Shown: in pieces, positions 8,495 through 16,721 of the stretch
How positions within the stretch are numbered: the first letter of the stretch is position 1
How the letters are laid out: each line of letters opens with the position of its first letter
Assembly (NCBI GenBank): GCA_964530085.1
Contig: CAZGXX010000007.1
Span: 1,410-65,409, forward strand
Source of the DNA: an uncultured Azospirillum sp.
GTDB taxonomy: Bacteria; Pseudomonadota; Alphaproteobacteria; Rickettsiales; UBA3002
Reading direction: 5' to 3'
DNA length: 64,000 nt
Translations under genes and position numbers: made by a program
Notes under the pieces: generated by a model
The model's database searches: none
What the model saw: the letters and a program-made list of their open reading frames with translations, nothing else
What the model was told of the DNA's origin: nothing

Positions 8495-11182
8495 ATGGAA
8501 TGGCTTTTTGCACTGCTCATTGGCGGGTTTCTTTTCTTCACCTGTGTGATTATGCCGTGGGCAAATCGCAGGCGGGTGCATGATCTTGAAGTGCAAATGG
8601 GCGCGCTCAGAAAGCAGCTGCGTGATCTGCTCTCCTTCCTTGAGAAAACGGGCATGTCCCTTCCGCCCGAACTAGTAGTGCCGCCTAAAATATGGGAATG
8701 GCAACTGCAACAACCCACGCCGTCCAAAGCAGTAGAGGCACCAAAGGCGGCCGTTACCGAATCGGTTACGCCTGCGCGCGCAGCAACGCAGGAACCCGTG
8801 CGCCCCACGCCTCCTCCGGTGGAAAAAGAACAGGTCAGCTTCGAGCAGCAATTTGGCGCGCGCCTGCCAGTATGGATCGGTGGCATCGCCCTTGCGCTCG
8901 CGGGTTTTTTCCTCGTTAAATATTCTATCGAGACCGGACTGCTCAGCCCGACCGTACGCGTGGTACTCGGCGGCCTCTTCGGCATTGGGATGCTGTTCGT
9001 GGCCGATAAAATCCGCACAAATCCTGACTTCGCCAATGGCACGCGCATCGCGCAAGCGCTCTCCGGCGCGGGGATTGCGGATTTATACGTCTGCCTGTTC
9101 GCCGCTACCAGTCTCTATGATTTGCTCCCGGCTTTTATCGGCCTCGCGGGCATGGCAGTCGTCACCGGCACCGCGATGATCCTTGCGCTGCGTCACGGTA
9201 TGCCGATTGCGATTCTCGGCCTTGTGGGTGGGTTGCTCACGCCCGCATTGGTGAGTTCGGACCATCCAAGCGCGGCGTTGCTGTTTATCTATCTCTACGC
9301 CGTCATTTCCGGGTTGATGGTTGTCATCCGCCAGAAAGCCTGGTGGGGTATGGTGGTGCCTGCGTTGCTGGGTGGTTTTGCGTGGGTGGGCATCTGGCTT
9401 GTTGGCAGCGGTGCTTCACCGTTCGATGCCGTGTGCATGGGTCTGTTCCTCCTTGCTCTCAGCGGGACCTATGTCTTCCTCTCGCCGCGTGATGATACCC
9501 AAATGGCGGGTGACAATGAGATCTTCACTCTGCCCAAAATGCTCAACTATCTCTCGCTCGGCGGTGCCGCGGTCATGATGGCGTTTGTTGTTGGCCAGAG
9601 CGGCTATACGACGATGGCATGGGGGCTGTTTGGTCTGCTCACACTTGGCACGATTGGCCTCGCCTACGCCGATCAGGAACGCTACGGCTTCGCGCCATGG
9701 CTTGCCATTGGCATCAACCTGCTGATGCTGGTGGGGTGGATTCCGCCGGATCTCACCACCTATGCCAGTGTGCTGGTTAGCTTCGCCGTTATTTTTGTCG
9801 CAAGCGGCTACCTGTTGCAGTCGCGCAGCGCGCGGCCGCTCTTATGGGCGGGGCTGACGGCAGCGGCGAGCCTGAGCTATTACCTGTTGGGCTACTCTAC
9901 GCTGCGCGGTGCACCGCTCCTGTCGGACATCCATTTATTTTGGGGCGGACTGGCGCTGTGTTTGGCGCTGCTCGGCACCTATAGCGTGAGCCATATCCTG
10001 ACCGAAGTGCCCGACGATCATGCGCAGAAGCAGCACTTGCTTGCGATCTACGCCGCGACAGGCACCGCCTTTATTTCACTCGCATTGACGATTGAACTGC
10101 CGCGCGAGTTCCTCTCCGTCGCCTTCGCGCTTGAGCTGCTGGCTATCGTGTGGATCAGTACAAAAATCGAGGTCAAAGCGCTGCGCCACATTGCAGCGGC
10201 GCTAGGTTGCGTCTTTGGTATCTTGCTGATTCCACAAATTCTGCTGCTCATGCAGCTTACTGCCTATAGCCTAGTCGAGGCAAAGCTCGCGTTGCAAGAA
10301 AGCGTGCCGATCGTGAACTGGCCGCTCTTCCAGCTTGGGTTGCCCGCGCTGTGTTTTATCGTTGCGAGCTACTGGCTGCGCGAACGCGATGACGACCGCT
10401 TGGTGCGCGCGCTTGAGGGTGCCGCCATCGCGTTGATCGCGGTGATGGGCTATTACCTGACGCGCCATGCGTTCCATGTGGATGAGAACATCCTCTTCAT
10501 CACCGCCGGATTTATCGAGCGCGGTGTCATCACCAACATCCTGTTCCTTTATGGCCTTGCCTGCCTTTGGGTTGGTCGCCATTACCTGCGCGACACCGTG
10601 GCATTGAGCGGACTCGTGCTATCGGGGGTGGCGATGTTCCGCATCGTCTATTTCGACCTCATCGCCTACAACCCGCTTTGGTCGGCACAAGCCGTGGGGT
10701 CGCTGCCTATTCTCAACGCGTTGCTCCTCACCTATGGCGCGCCGCTGCTATGGATGGCCCTACTGTCGCGCAACATAAGAGCGCTGGATTATCCGCAATT
10801 TTGCAAGCCCATCGCGAGCCTGATGCTGGTGGTTGCGTTCACGCTGGTAAGCCTAGAAGTGCGTCAGCTCTTCCATGGTAGCCTGCTCAACGGTTCCAGC
10901 GCCACCAACGCCGAAACCTATAGCTATTCGGCAGCGTGGTTAATGTTTGGGCTGGCGCTGCTTTTCTACGGCACGCTCCGTATGGATAAAATGGTACGTG
11001 TTGCTTCGCTCGCGATTATGATTCTCACCGTCGGCAAGGTATTCCTCTACGATGCCGCTGAACTGGAAGGACTGTACCGCGTCTTCTCCTTCGCTGGCCT
11101 CGGTCTGAGTTTGTTAGGCCTCAGCTGGTTCTACACACGGTTTGTATTTAGCGTTGCCGATGTAATGGGGGCCAAAAAATGA
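8495..11182 (+). CDS. DUF2339-type large polytopic membrane protein
   Basis: About 895 aa. One N-terminal TM, a short coiled coil (LEVQMGALRKQLRDLLSFLEK), a Pro-rich linker, then more than 20 predicted TM helices. This architecture is typical of DUF2339. Confidence 0.7.
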   Translation: MEWLFALLIGGFLFFTCVIMPWANRRRVHDLEVQMGALRKQLRDLLSFLEKTGMSLPPELVVPPKIWEWQLQQPTPSKAVEAPKAAVTESVTPARAATQEPVRPTPPPVEKEQVSFEQQFGARLPVWIGGIALALAGFFLVKYSIETGLLSPTVRVVLGGLFGIGMLFVADKIRTNPDFANGTRIAQALSGAGIADLYVCLFAATSLYDLLPAFIGLAGMAVVTGTAMILALRHGMPIAILGLVGGLLTPALVSSDHPSAALLFIYLYAVISGLMVVIRQKAWWGMVVPALLGGFAWVGIWLVGSGASPFDAVCMGLFLLALSGTYVFLSPRDDTQMAGDNEIFTLPKMLNYLSLGGAAVMMAFVVGQSGYTTMAWGLFGLLTLGTIGLAYADQERYGFAPWLAIGINLLMLVGWIPPDLTTYASVLVSFAVIFVASGYLLQSRSARPLLWAGLTAAASLSYYLLGYSTLRGAPLLSDIHLFWGGLALCLALLGTYSVSHILTEVPDDHAQKQHLLAIYAATGTAFISLALTIELPREFLSVAFALELLAIVWISTKIEVKALRHIAAALGCVFGILLIPQILLLMQLTAYSLVEAKLALQESVPIVNWPLFQLGLPALCFIVASYWLRERDDDRLVRALEGAAIALIAVMGYYLTRHAFHVDENILFITAGFIERGVITNILFLYGLACLWVGRHYLRDTVALSGLVLSGVAMFRIVYFDLIAYNPLWSAQAVGSLPILNALLLTYGAPLLWMALLSRNIRALDYPQFCKPIASLMLVVAFTLVSLEVRQLFHGSLLNGSSATNAETYSYSAAWLMFGLALLFYGTLRMDKMVRVASLAIMILTVGKVFLYDAAELEGLYRVFSFAGLGLSLLGLSWFYTRFVFSVADVMGAKK

Positions 11183-11541
11183 CGCCCCAGAAACCTACGG
11201 GTCTTGTACGGCTCATCCGCGCTTTCGGCTATTCATGGGATGGGCTAAAAGCAGCCTATGCCTCCGAAGTGGCATTCCGACAAGAACTGGTGCTGCTTGC
11301 GATTGGTGTGCCGCTCGCGTGCTGTATCAATGTAGCTAATGTGGAACGTGTCCTGATGATTGGCAGCCTGCTGCTCATCATGCTGGTCGAAATCATCAAC
11401 ACTGCCCTTGAAGCAACCATCGAGCGTATTTCTACCGAGCAACATCCACTTTCCAAAAAAGCGAAAGATCTTGGCAGTGCGGCGGTGCTTATTTCGCTCG
11501 TCAATGCGGCCATTATTTGGGGTATGATAGTAATAAGCTAG
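11179..11541 (+). CDS. dgkA: diacylglycerol kinase
   Basis: 120 aa. FGYSWDGLKAAYASEVAFRQE...EIINTALEATIERIS...KDLGSAAV. An ATGA overlap with the DUF2339 stop suggests translational coupling. Confidence 0.9.
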   Translation: MTPQKPTGLVRLIRAFGYSWDGLKAAYASEVAFRQELVLLAIGVPLACCINVANVERVLMIGSLLLIMLVEIINTALEATIERISTEQHPLSKKAKDLGSAAVLISLVNAAIIWGMIVIS

Positions 11542-11723
11542 GTATGGCTATTGTTACCCCAGCAACTTACTCTTCTACCCATAGGATACTTTAAACAGAT
11601 AATTGTTACGATATTGTTAGAGTGAGGAAGTTTTAAACAAGGTTGCTAGTCTGAGTCTTAATGTTGGGATATGTACTATAAAACCATGGGGTAGTTTTCT
11701 GACTCGATAACGCTAGGAAACGC

Positions 11724-11798
11724 TGGTGCCGGTTGCAGGAATTGAACCCGCGACCTTCGGTTTACAAAACCGCTGCTCTACCCCTGAGCTAAACCGGC
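11724..11798 (-). tRNA. tRNA-Thr (anticodon UGU)
   Basis: Hand fold of GCCGGTT TA GCTC AGGGGTA GAGC A GCGGT TTTGTAA ACCGA AGGTC GCGGG TTCAATT CCTGC AACCGGC A CCA. 75 nt with an encoded CCA. Confidence 0.9.
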
Positions 11799-11871
11799 AC
11801 GCTGCGCGTGGGGCGTTCTTAGCCGTTCGTGATGCGCAAATCAAACCAAACGCGCATCTCGCCGCAACTTA

Positions 11872-13152
11872 CTAGACTTCCTTCACCCAAGGCCGTGTGT
11901 TGCTGGGCTTACCGAAATAGTAGCCCTGCAGGTAGTCGACCCCGAGCTCCATCAGCATTTTGGCGATCTCGCCATTCTCAACAAATTCGGCAACGGATTT
12001 GAGGCCAAAGCCGCGGATGAAATCGAGCATGGTTTTGACGAACAGGCGGCTGTCGGCGTTATCCGTCAGGTCGCGGATAAACGCGCCGTCGATTTTCACA
12101 AAGTCGATGGAAAGCGCCTGCAACTGGCGGAAGCTGGTGTAACCCGATCCGAAATCATCCAGCGCGACGAGGCAGCCAAGCGCCTGCACTTCGGCGCAGA
12201 AGCGCGCGCTGTGCTTGAGGTCGCCATGTACGGCGGTCTCGGTAATTTCAACTGTGAGGCGCGGTGCGATTTCGGGCGTGGCGTCCATCGCTTCGGTGAG
12301 TGTCGCCATCCAGTTCGCATCCAGCGTGGTGAGGTTGCTGACATTCACTGCCAAATTTACCTGCGCATCCTGCCGCAGTTCCTCAATCACGCGTTTGAGC
12401 ACCAGCTGGTCGATCGTCGGAATAAAGCCCATCCGCTCCGCCACCGGAATGAGCGCGCCGGCAGAGCTGATTCTGCCGTCATCTCCAAACAGGCGCAGCA
12501 GCGCTTCGTAATGCGCGACCTGGCCGGTATGGCTGTCGATCACCGGCTGATAGGCGAGGCGGAAACGGTTTTCGGTAATCGCCTGGCCGAGATAGTTTGC
12601 CATGCTCATTTCCTCGCGCTTATCCGCGCCGGAAATGTCATTTTTGCTGGTGAAATCTGTCGGGCTCTCGGTGAGCGACACCAGCGCGCGGCCCAGCGTT
12701 TCCTCCGGCTGCGAGAGCAGATCCGGCAGCATCTGATAAGCGGTCGACGACAGGCAATGCAGCTCGCCATAACGCGAGGCATAGCTGAAATCACGGATGG
12801 CGGTTTCCGTCGCTTCGCACCATGCCTCAACCGCATCTTCGTTGGTATTAGCCATCAGTACGCCAAACTGGTCGCGCTGCACACGCATGATGGTGGGCGG
12901 CGTGGAAAGCGAGGTCTGCGCAAGCACGCCAACGAGCTCGTCCATCACCGCCTCGGCCACCGCCATGCTGTAGCCGGACATAATCATCGCGAGGTTTTCG
13001 ATGGAGACGAGCACCAACGCCGCCGCCGTGTCGGATTTTTTCGCCGCGTCTTCGAGCGCTGCCAACGCATCGATGAAAGATTGCGGATAGCCGCACGCAC
13101 CCAGCGCCGAGGGCGCCTGCGACAGGTTGGGATGACGACTAAACAAAGACAT
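11872..13152 (-). CDS. EAL-domain c-di-GMP phosphodiesterase with a degenerate GGDEF-like N-terminal domain
   Basis: YQPVID...YEALLRL, EITE, and DDFGSGYTSFRQL motifs. The N-terminal domain has RDQFGVLM where GGDEF would be expected. Confidence 0.85.
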   Translation of the reverse strand: MSLFSRHPNLSQAPSALGACGYPQSFIDALAALEDAAKKSDTAAALVLVSIENLAMIMSGYSMAVAEAVMDELVGVLAQTSLSTPPTIMRVQRDQFGVLMANTNEDAVEAWCEATETAIRDFSYASRYGELHCLSSTAYQMLPDLLSQPEETLGRALVSLTESPTDFTSKNDISGADKREEMSMANYLGQAITENRFRLAYQPVIDSHTGQVAHYEALLRLFGDDGRISSAGALIPVAERMGFIPTIDQLVLKRVIEELRQDAQVNLAVNVSNLTTLDANWMATLTEAMDATPEIAPRLTVEITETAVHGDLKHSARFCAEVQALGCLVALDDFGSGYTSFRQLQALSIDFVKIDGAFIRDLTDNADSRLFVKTMLDFIRGFGLKSVAEFVENGEIAKMLMELGVDYLQGYYFGKPSNTRPWVKEV

Positions 13153-13202
13153 AGCAGCTATTCATGACAGTTTTTTTGCGCGAGGGCAAGAGGGGAGCGA
13201 AA

Positions 13203-14042
13203 TTACCCCGCGCGACCCAGCAAACAGGCGGCGAGGGTGATGAAACCGAGGGTTTGGTTGCTGCGGAAGAGGGCTCCGGCGCGCTCGGGCGTGGGGGGCA
13301 GTTGCCGCCATTGCCACGCACCGTGGAGTGCGGCGGCGGCGAGGGCGAGATAGTAGAACGGGGTGAGGTGCATCAGCGCGCCGACGGCGACGAGCAGCGC
13401 GAACATCAGCCCATAACAGCCTGCGATAAATGGCTTGAGGCGTGCACCGACCGCGCGGGCGCTGGAGCGAATGCCGATGCGCGCATCATCCGCGATGTCC
13501 TGCACGGCGTAGATGGTGTCGTAACCCAGTGTCCACAGCGCGGCAGCGGCATAGAGCAGGAAGGCGGGGAGGGTGAGGGGTGTGCCCGTCGCCGCCCAGC
13601 CCATCAGCGCGCTGAGGTTGAAGGTGAGGCCAAGAAAGACCTGCGGCCACCAGGTGATGCGCTTCATCCACGGGTAGGCGACGATCATCGGCAGCGCGAC
13701 GAGGGCGATCACGAGTACCGTGCGCGGGAGGGAGAGGGCGAGGGCGATGGCAAGGGTGAGGAGGATGAAAAGGAGAATGAGCGCGCTGCGTTTGGTGATG
13801 CGTCCCGAAGCAAGCGGCCTCTCGCGGGTGCGGGCGACATGCTGGTCGAGCTCGCGGTCGGTGAGGTCGTTGATGATGCAGCCCGCCGCGCGGGTGATGA
13901 CGGCGCCCGAGAGCATGAGGCCTTGGAGGTAAAATAAATCCGCCGCGGGCGCCGTCAGCGCCACCGCCCACGAAGCTGGGAAATAAAGCAGCCAGAAGCC
14001 GATCGGTTTATCGAGGCGGGTGAGTTGGAGGTAAGGGAGCAT
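13203..14042 (-). CDS. ubiA: 4-hydroxybenzoate polyprenyltransferase
   Basis: LTRLDKPIGFWLL...GCIINDLTDRELD...RPLASGR, the UbiA prenyltransferase signature. Confidence 0.9.
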   Translation of the reverse strand: MLPYLQLTRLDKPIGFWLLYFPASWAVALTAPAADLFYLQGLMLSGAVITRAAGCIINDLTDRELDQHVARTRERPLASGRITKRSALILLFILLTLAIALALSLPRTVLVIALVALPMIVAYPWMKRITWWPQVFLGLTFNLSALMGWAATGTPLTLPAFLLYAAAALWTLGYDTIYAVQDIADDARIGIRSSARAVGARLKPFIAGCYGLMFALLVAVGALMHLTPFYYLALAAAALHGAWQWRQLPPTPERAGALFRSNQTLGFITLAACLLGRAG

Positions 14043-14046
14043 TTTT

Positions 14047-14252
14047 GTGAGTGGTGAGTGGTTAGTGGTGAGTGGTATATAGCAGGGCCCGGTGCTTGGT
14101 GCCTAGTATTTCGTTTTGTCATGCCGTCTTCATGACGGCATCCGGGGTTGCGATTAGACTCGGATCCCGGCATAAAGCCGGGATGACAAAGGTGGGATAT
14201 TCTTGTACCAATCACCCACCATTCACTACTCACCACTCACCAGCCACCACCC
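14047..14252. repeat. composite palindromic element: heptamer-repeat arms flanking a TGTCAT...ATGACA hairpin core
   Basis: The left arm is about (GGTGAGT)x4 at 14047-14076. The right arm at 14213-14252 is its imperfect reverse complement (GGTGGCT GGTGAGT GGTGAGT AGTGAAT...). The core at 14117-14188 contains perfect hairpins ATGCCGTC/GACGGCAT and TCCCGGC/GCCGGGA. Confidence 0.65.
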
Positions 14253-15020
14253 ATGAAACCTCGCTACCGACTCGCCATTGACGCCCCACTACGTGCGGGG
14301 GCGGAGGTGGTGCTGCGCGATAACCCGGCGCATTATGTGGCGCAGGTGCTGCGCATGAAGGTTGGCGACACGCTCGCGCTGTTTAATAAAAAAGACGGCG
14401 AGTGGGTCGCGCGCATCGCGGAAGTGAAGAAGCGTGAGCTGGTGTTGGTGGTGATGGAATGTCTGCGCCCACCATCTGCGCGCGGCATGAATTTGATGGT
14501 GTGTTTCGCGCCAATCAAAGGCGGGCGGATGGAGACCATTATCGAGAAGGCGACGGAGCTGGGTACGGCGGTGCTGCAGCCGGTGATTACCGCGCGCACG
14601 ATTGTCGATAAGGTGAACCTCGAACGCGCAGAGGCCATTGCGCGCGAGGCGGCGGAGCAGTGCGAACGCATCGACTGGCCGGAAATACGCGAGCCGGTGA
14701 AATTGGCGCGGCTGCTCGGTGACTGGCCAACGGACGTACCGCTGATCTATGGCGACGAGAGCGGCGCGAGTGCGGGGATTGGGGAGATGTTGCGTGGCAC
14801 GGCGCATGCGGGCGCATGGGGCATCCTCGCGGGGCCGGAGGGCGGGTTCACGCCGCAGGAATTCGCGGCGCTCGCCCATGTGAAAGCGGCACGCGGTGTG
14901 GGGCTTGGCCCGCGCATTCTGCGCGCCGACACGGCGGTGATTACGTTGTGTGCGCTGACGCTGGCCGCCTGGGGCGACTGGGACGCGCGGCCACGGTTTG
15001 AACATTCTACAGGAGCATAA
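14253..15020 (+). CDS. rsmE: 16S rRNA (uracil1498-N3)-methyltransferase
   Basis: The N-terminus and the VLRMKVGD...FAPIKGGRMETIIEKATELG...GPEGGF...LGPRILRADTA motifs match RsmE. Confidence 0.85.
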   Translation: MKPRYRLAIDAPLRAGAEVVLRDNPAHYVAQVLRMKVGDTLALFNKKDGEWVARIAEVKKRELVLVVMECLRPPSARGMNLMVCFAPIKGGRMETIIEKATELGTAVLQPVITARTIVDKVNLERAEAIAREAAEQCERIDWPEIREPVKLARLLGDWPTDVPLIYGDESGASAGIGEMLRGTAHAGAWGILAGPEGGFTPQEFAALAHVKAARGVGLGPRILRADTAVITLCALTLAAWGDWDARPRFEHSTGA

Positions 15021-15021
15021 G

Positions 15022-16287
15022 ATGAGCACTGCCACAGCCGAATTGCCGCACACGGAATCGCTGATTCTGCCACAGCTCAAGGCGCTCGCCGATGCGCGCG
15101 GGGCGGAGATGGAGGCGTGGCTCGCCGCGCGGGCGGAGGAATCGCGCGCGCCGTTTTATTCCTCGGTCGATGTGCGCCATGCAGGGTTCAAAATCGCGCC
15201 CGTCGATACGAATTTGTTTCCGGCGGGGTTCAACCATCTCTCCGCTGCGGCGCGGCTGCGGGCGGCAGAGCGGGTGAAAGCACGCATCGCGCGCTGTGCA
15301 CCGATCACGCGGGTGCTGGTGATACCGGAGAACCATACGCGCAATCAGGGCTATATAGATAACCTCGCGGCATTGCGCGACGTGCTGACGCTGGCGGGGC
15401 TTGAGGTTGCGTTCGGCAGTTTGGCGGCGACGGATGCGGCGGTGGAGGTGACGACGAGCGCAGGTGAGGTGATTCGCGAAATGCCGATTCTGCGCAGGGG
15501 CAGTTTGCTCAGCACGGCGGATGGGTTCGCGCCGCAGCTGGTGTTGCTGAATAATGACCTGACGAGCGGCTTCCCGGAATTGCTGCGCGGTGTGTCGCAG
15601 CCCATTCTGCCGCGCCCGAACCTGGGCTGGCATCGCCGCCGCAAGTCGGTGCATTTTGCTGCCTATGCGGCACTGGCGGGAGATTTCGCGCGGAGTTTTG
15701 ATCTCGACCCGTGGCTGCTCTCGGCGGAATTTCACCAATGCGGCCGGGTGAATTTCGGTGAGAAACAGGGGCTCGATTGCGTGGCGGTGGGCGTTGAAAA
15801 AGTGCTGCATAAAATCCGCAGCCACTATGCACGCTATGGCATTACGGACGAGCCCTATGTCTATGTGAAGTCGGATTCCGGCACCTATGGCATGGGCATC
15901 ATGACGGTGAAAAGCGGCGATGAAATTCTCGAGATCAACAAAAAAGCCCGCAACAAAATGAACGTCATCAAGGAAGGCGTGCAATCGACGCAGGTCATTA
16001 TTCAAGAGGGCGTGCCGACGGTGGATGTGATTGAAGGCGCGCCCGCGGAGCCGATGGTCTACCTCATCGACGGCCATGCGGTGGGCGGTGCGTTCCGCGT
16101 GAACGACCAGCGCGACGCGATGAATAATTTGAACGCCACCGGCATGCGCTTTGTGGGGATGTGCGACGAGTCAGAGTCACTGCGTGATGGGCATATTTCT
16201 ATGCCAAGTTGCAACTTCGGCGGCATGGGGCTGATTGCACGCCTTGCATCCCTCGCCGCCGCACGCGAGGAATATGGCGAGGCGTGA
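15022..16287 (+). CDS. gshA: glutamate--cysteine ligase (Acidithiobacillus-type GshA family)
   Basis: Trimmed to MSTATAEL, with AGGAG 6 nt upstream. FYSSVDVRHAGFKIAPVDTNLFPAGFNHL is the conserved N-terminal block of this GshA type, as recalled from memory. Confidence 0.7.
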   Translation: MSTATAELPHTESLILPQLKALADARGAEMEAWLAARAEESRAPFYSSVDVRHAGFKIAPVDTNLFPAGFNHLSAAARLRAAERVKARIARCAPITRVLVIPENHTRNQGYIDNLAALRDVLTLAGLEVAFGSLAATDAAVEVTTSAGEVIREMPILRRGSLLSTADGFAPQLVLLNNDLTSGFPELLRGVSQPILPRPNLGWHRRRKSVHFAAYAALAGDFARSFDLDPWLLSAEFHQCGRVNFGEKQGLDCVAVGVEKVLHKIRSHYARYGITDEPYVYVKSDSGTYGMGIMTVKSGDEILEINKKARNKMNVIKEGVQSTQVIIQEGVPTVDVIEGAPAEPMVYLIDGHAVGGAFRVNDQRDAMNNLNATGMRFVGMCDESESLRDGHISMPSCNFGGMGLIARLASLAAAREEYGEA

Positions 16288-16620
16288 TTAACGCGTCTGA
16301 CTCTGCGTTTCAAGATAGGCTTTGTAGCCTTTGTCGAAGCGACGCATGCTTTCAGGTGTAGTGATTGTGATTTCAGTCTGGTGCCCTTGTGCGCAGTTGG
16401 GGTCTATCGTTTTTATCGCGTGATAAGGATCTTTCGCGTTCTTAGCATCGTGGAAAAAGTCAGCGATGATCTCCTGATTCTCTTTTAAGCGATAATTGAG
16501 ATTCAGACGAAATGTAAGCCCATCCCCACACCCCGCAATGCTGCTGCAATCTACGGCTTCGTAGAACTTGGTTTGGAGTGCGGCGGTATCCGCGTCGATG
16601 GTGTTTTTTGCCTCTTGCAT
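16288..16620 (-). CDS. hypothetical protein (orphan, lower GC)
   Basis: ORF 16288..16632. ATG at 16620 has a GGGAAG SD-like sequence, and the alternative start is 16632. No family recognised. Preceded by the box element at 16674-16695. Confidence 0.5.
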   Translation of the reverse strand: MQEAKNTIDADTAALQTKFYEAVDCSSIAGCGDGLTFRLNLNYRLKENQEIIADFFHDAKNAKDPYHAIKTIDPNCAQGHQTEITITTPESMRRFDKGYKAYLETQSQTR

Positions 16621-16673
16621 AGCGCTTCCCATAAGAACTTCGAGATTAACTATAGCAAATTCAGCGGATGTTT

Positions 16674-16695
16674 ATGTGAAGCTTTTGTGACAATT
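16674..16695 (-). promoter_or_regulatory. Pho-box-like direct-repeat element (variant copy 1)
   Basis: In gene orientation the sequence is AATTGTCACAAAAGCTTCACAT. TATAGT follows 21 nt downstream, on the minus strand at 16654-16649. Confidence 0.4.
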
Positions 16696-16721
16696 GAGGG
16701 CACGGGCGACGGCGGGAGCGC

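Noticed and set aside
11542-11723. Possible prophage or integrative element at tRNA-Thr, and likewise at tRNA-Gly (51268-52090)
   Set aside because: Only short AT-rich non-coding stretches and one tiny ORF are present. I found no integrase, no phage genes and no tRNA-end direct repeats.
12211-13167. Long antisense ORFs opposite real genes. Examples: 12211..13167 +, 13164..13937 +, 15007..16077 -, 19645..20529 -, 20539..21222 -, 24001..24738 +, 28841..29326 +, 32586..33806 +, 35798..36820 +, 42934..44262 -, 49972..51153 -, 53198..53902 -.
   Set aside because: High-GC genomes generate long stop-free antisense frames. These translations are Arg/His/Gly-rich, carry no family motifs, and fully overlap genes with unmistakable signatures.
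13955-14281. ORFs 13955..14236 (-) and 14072..14281 (+) containing HHSPLTTHHS-like peptides
   Set aside because: They are translations of the heptamer-repeat palindromic element between ubiA and rsmE. The repetitive peptides simply mirror the DNA repeats.
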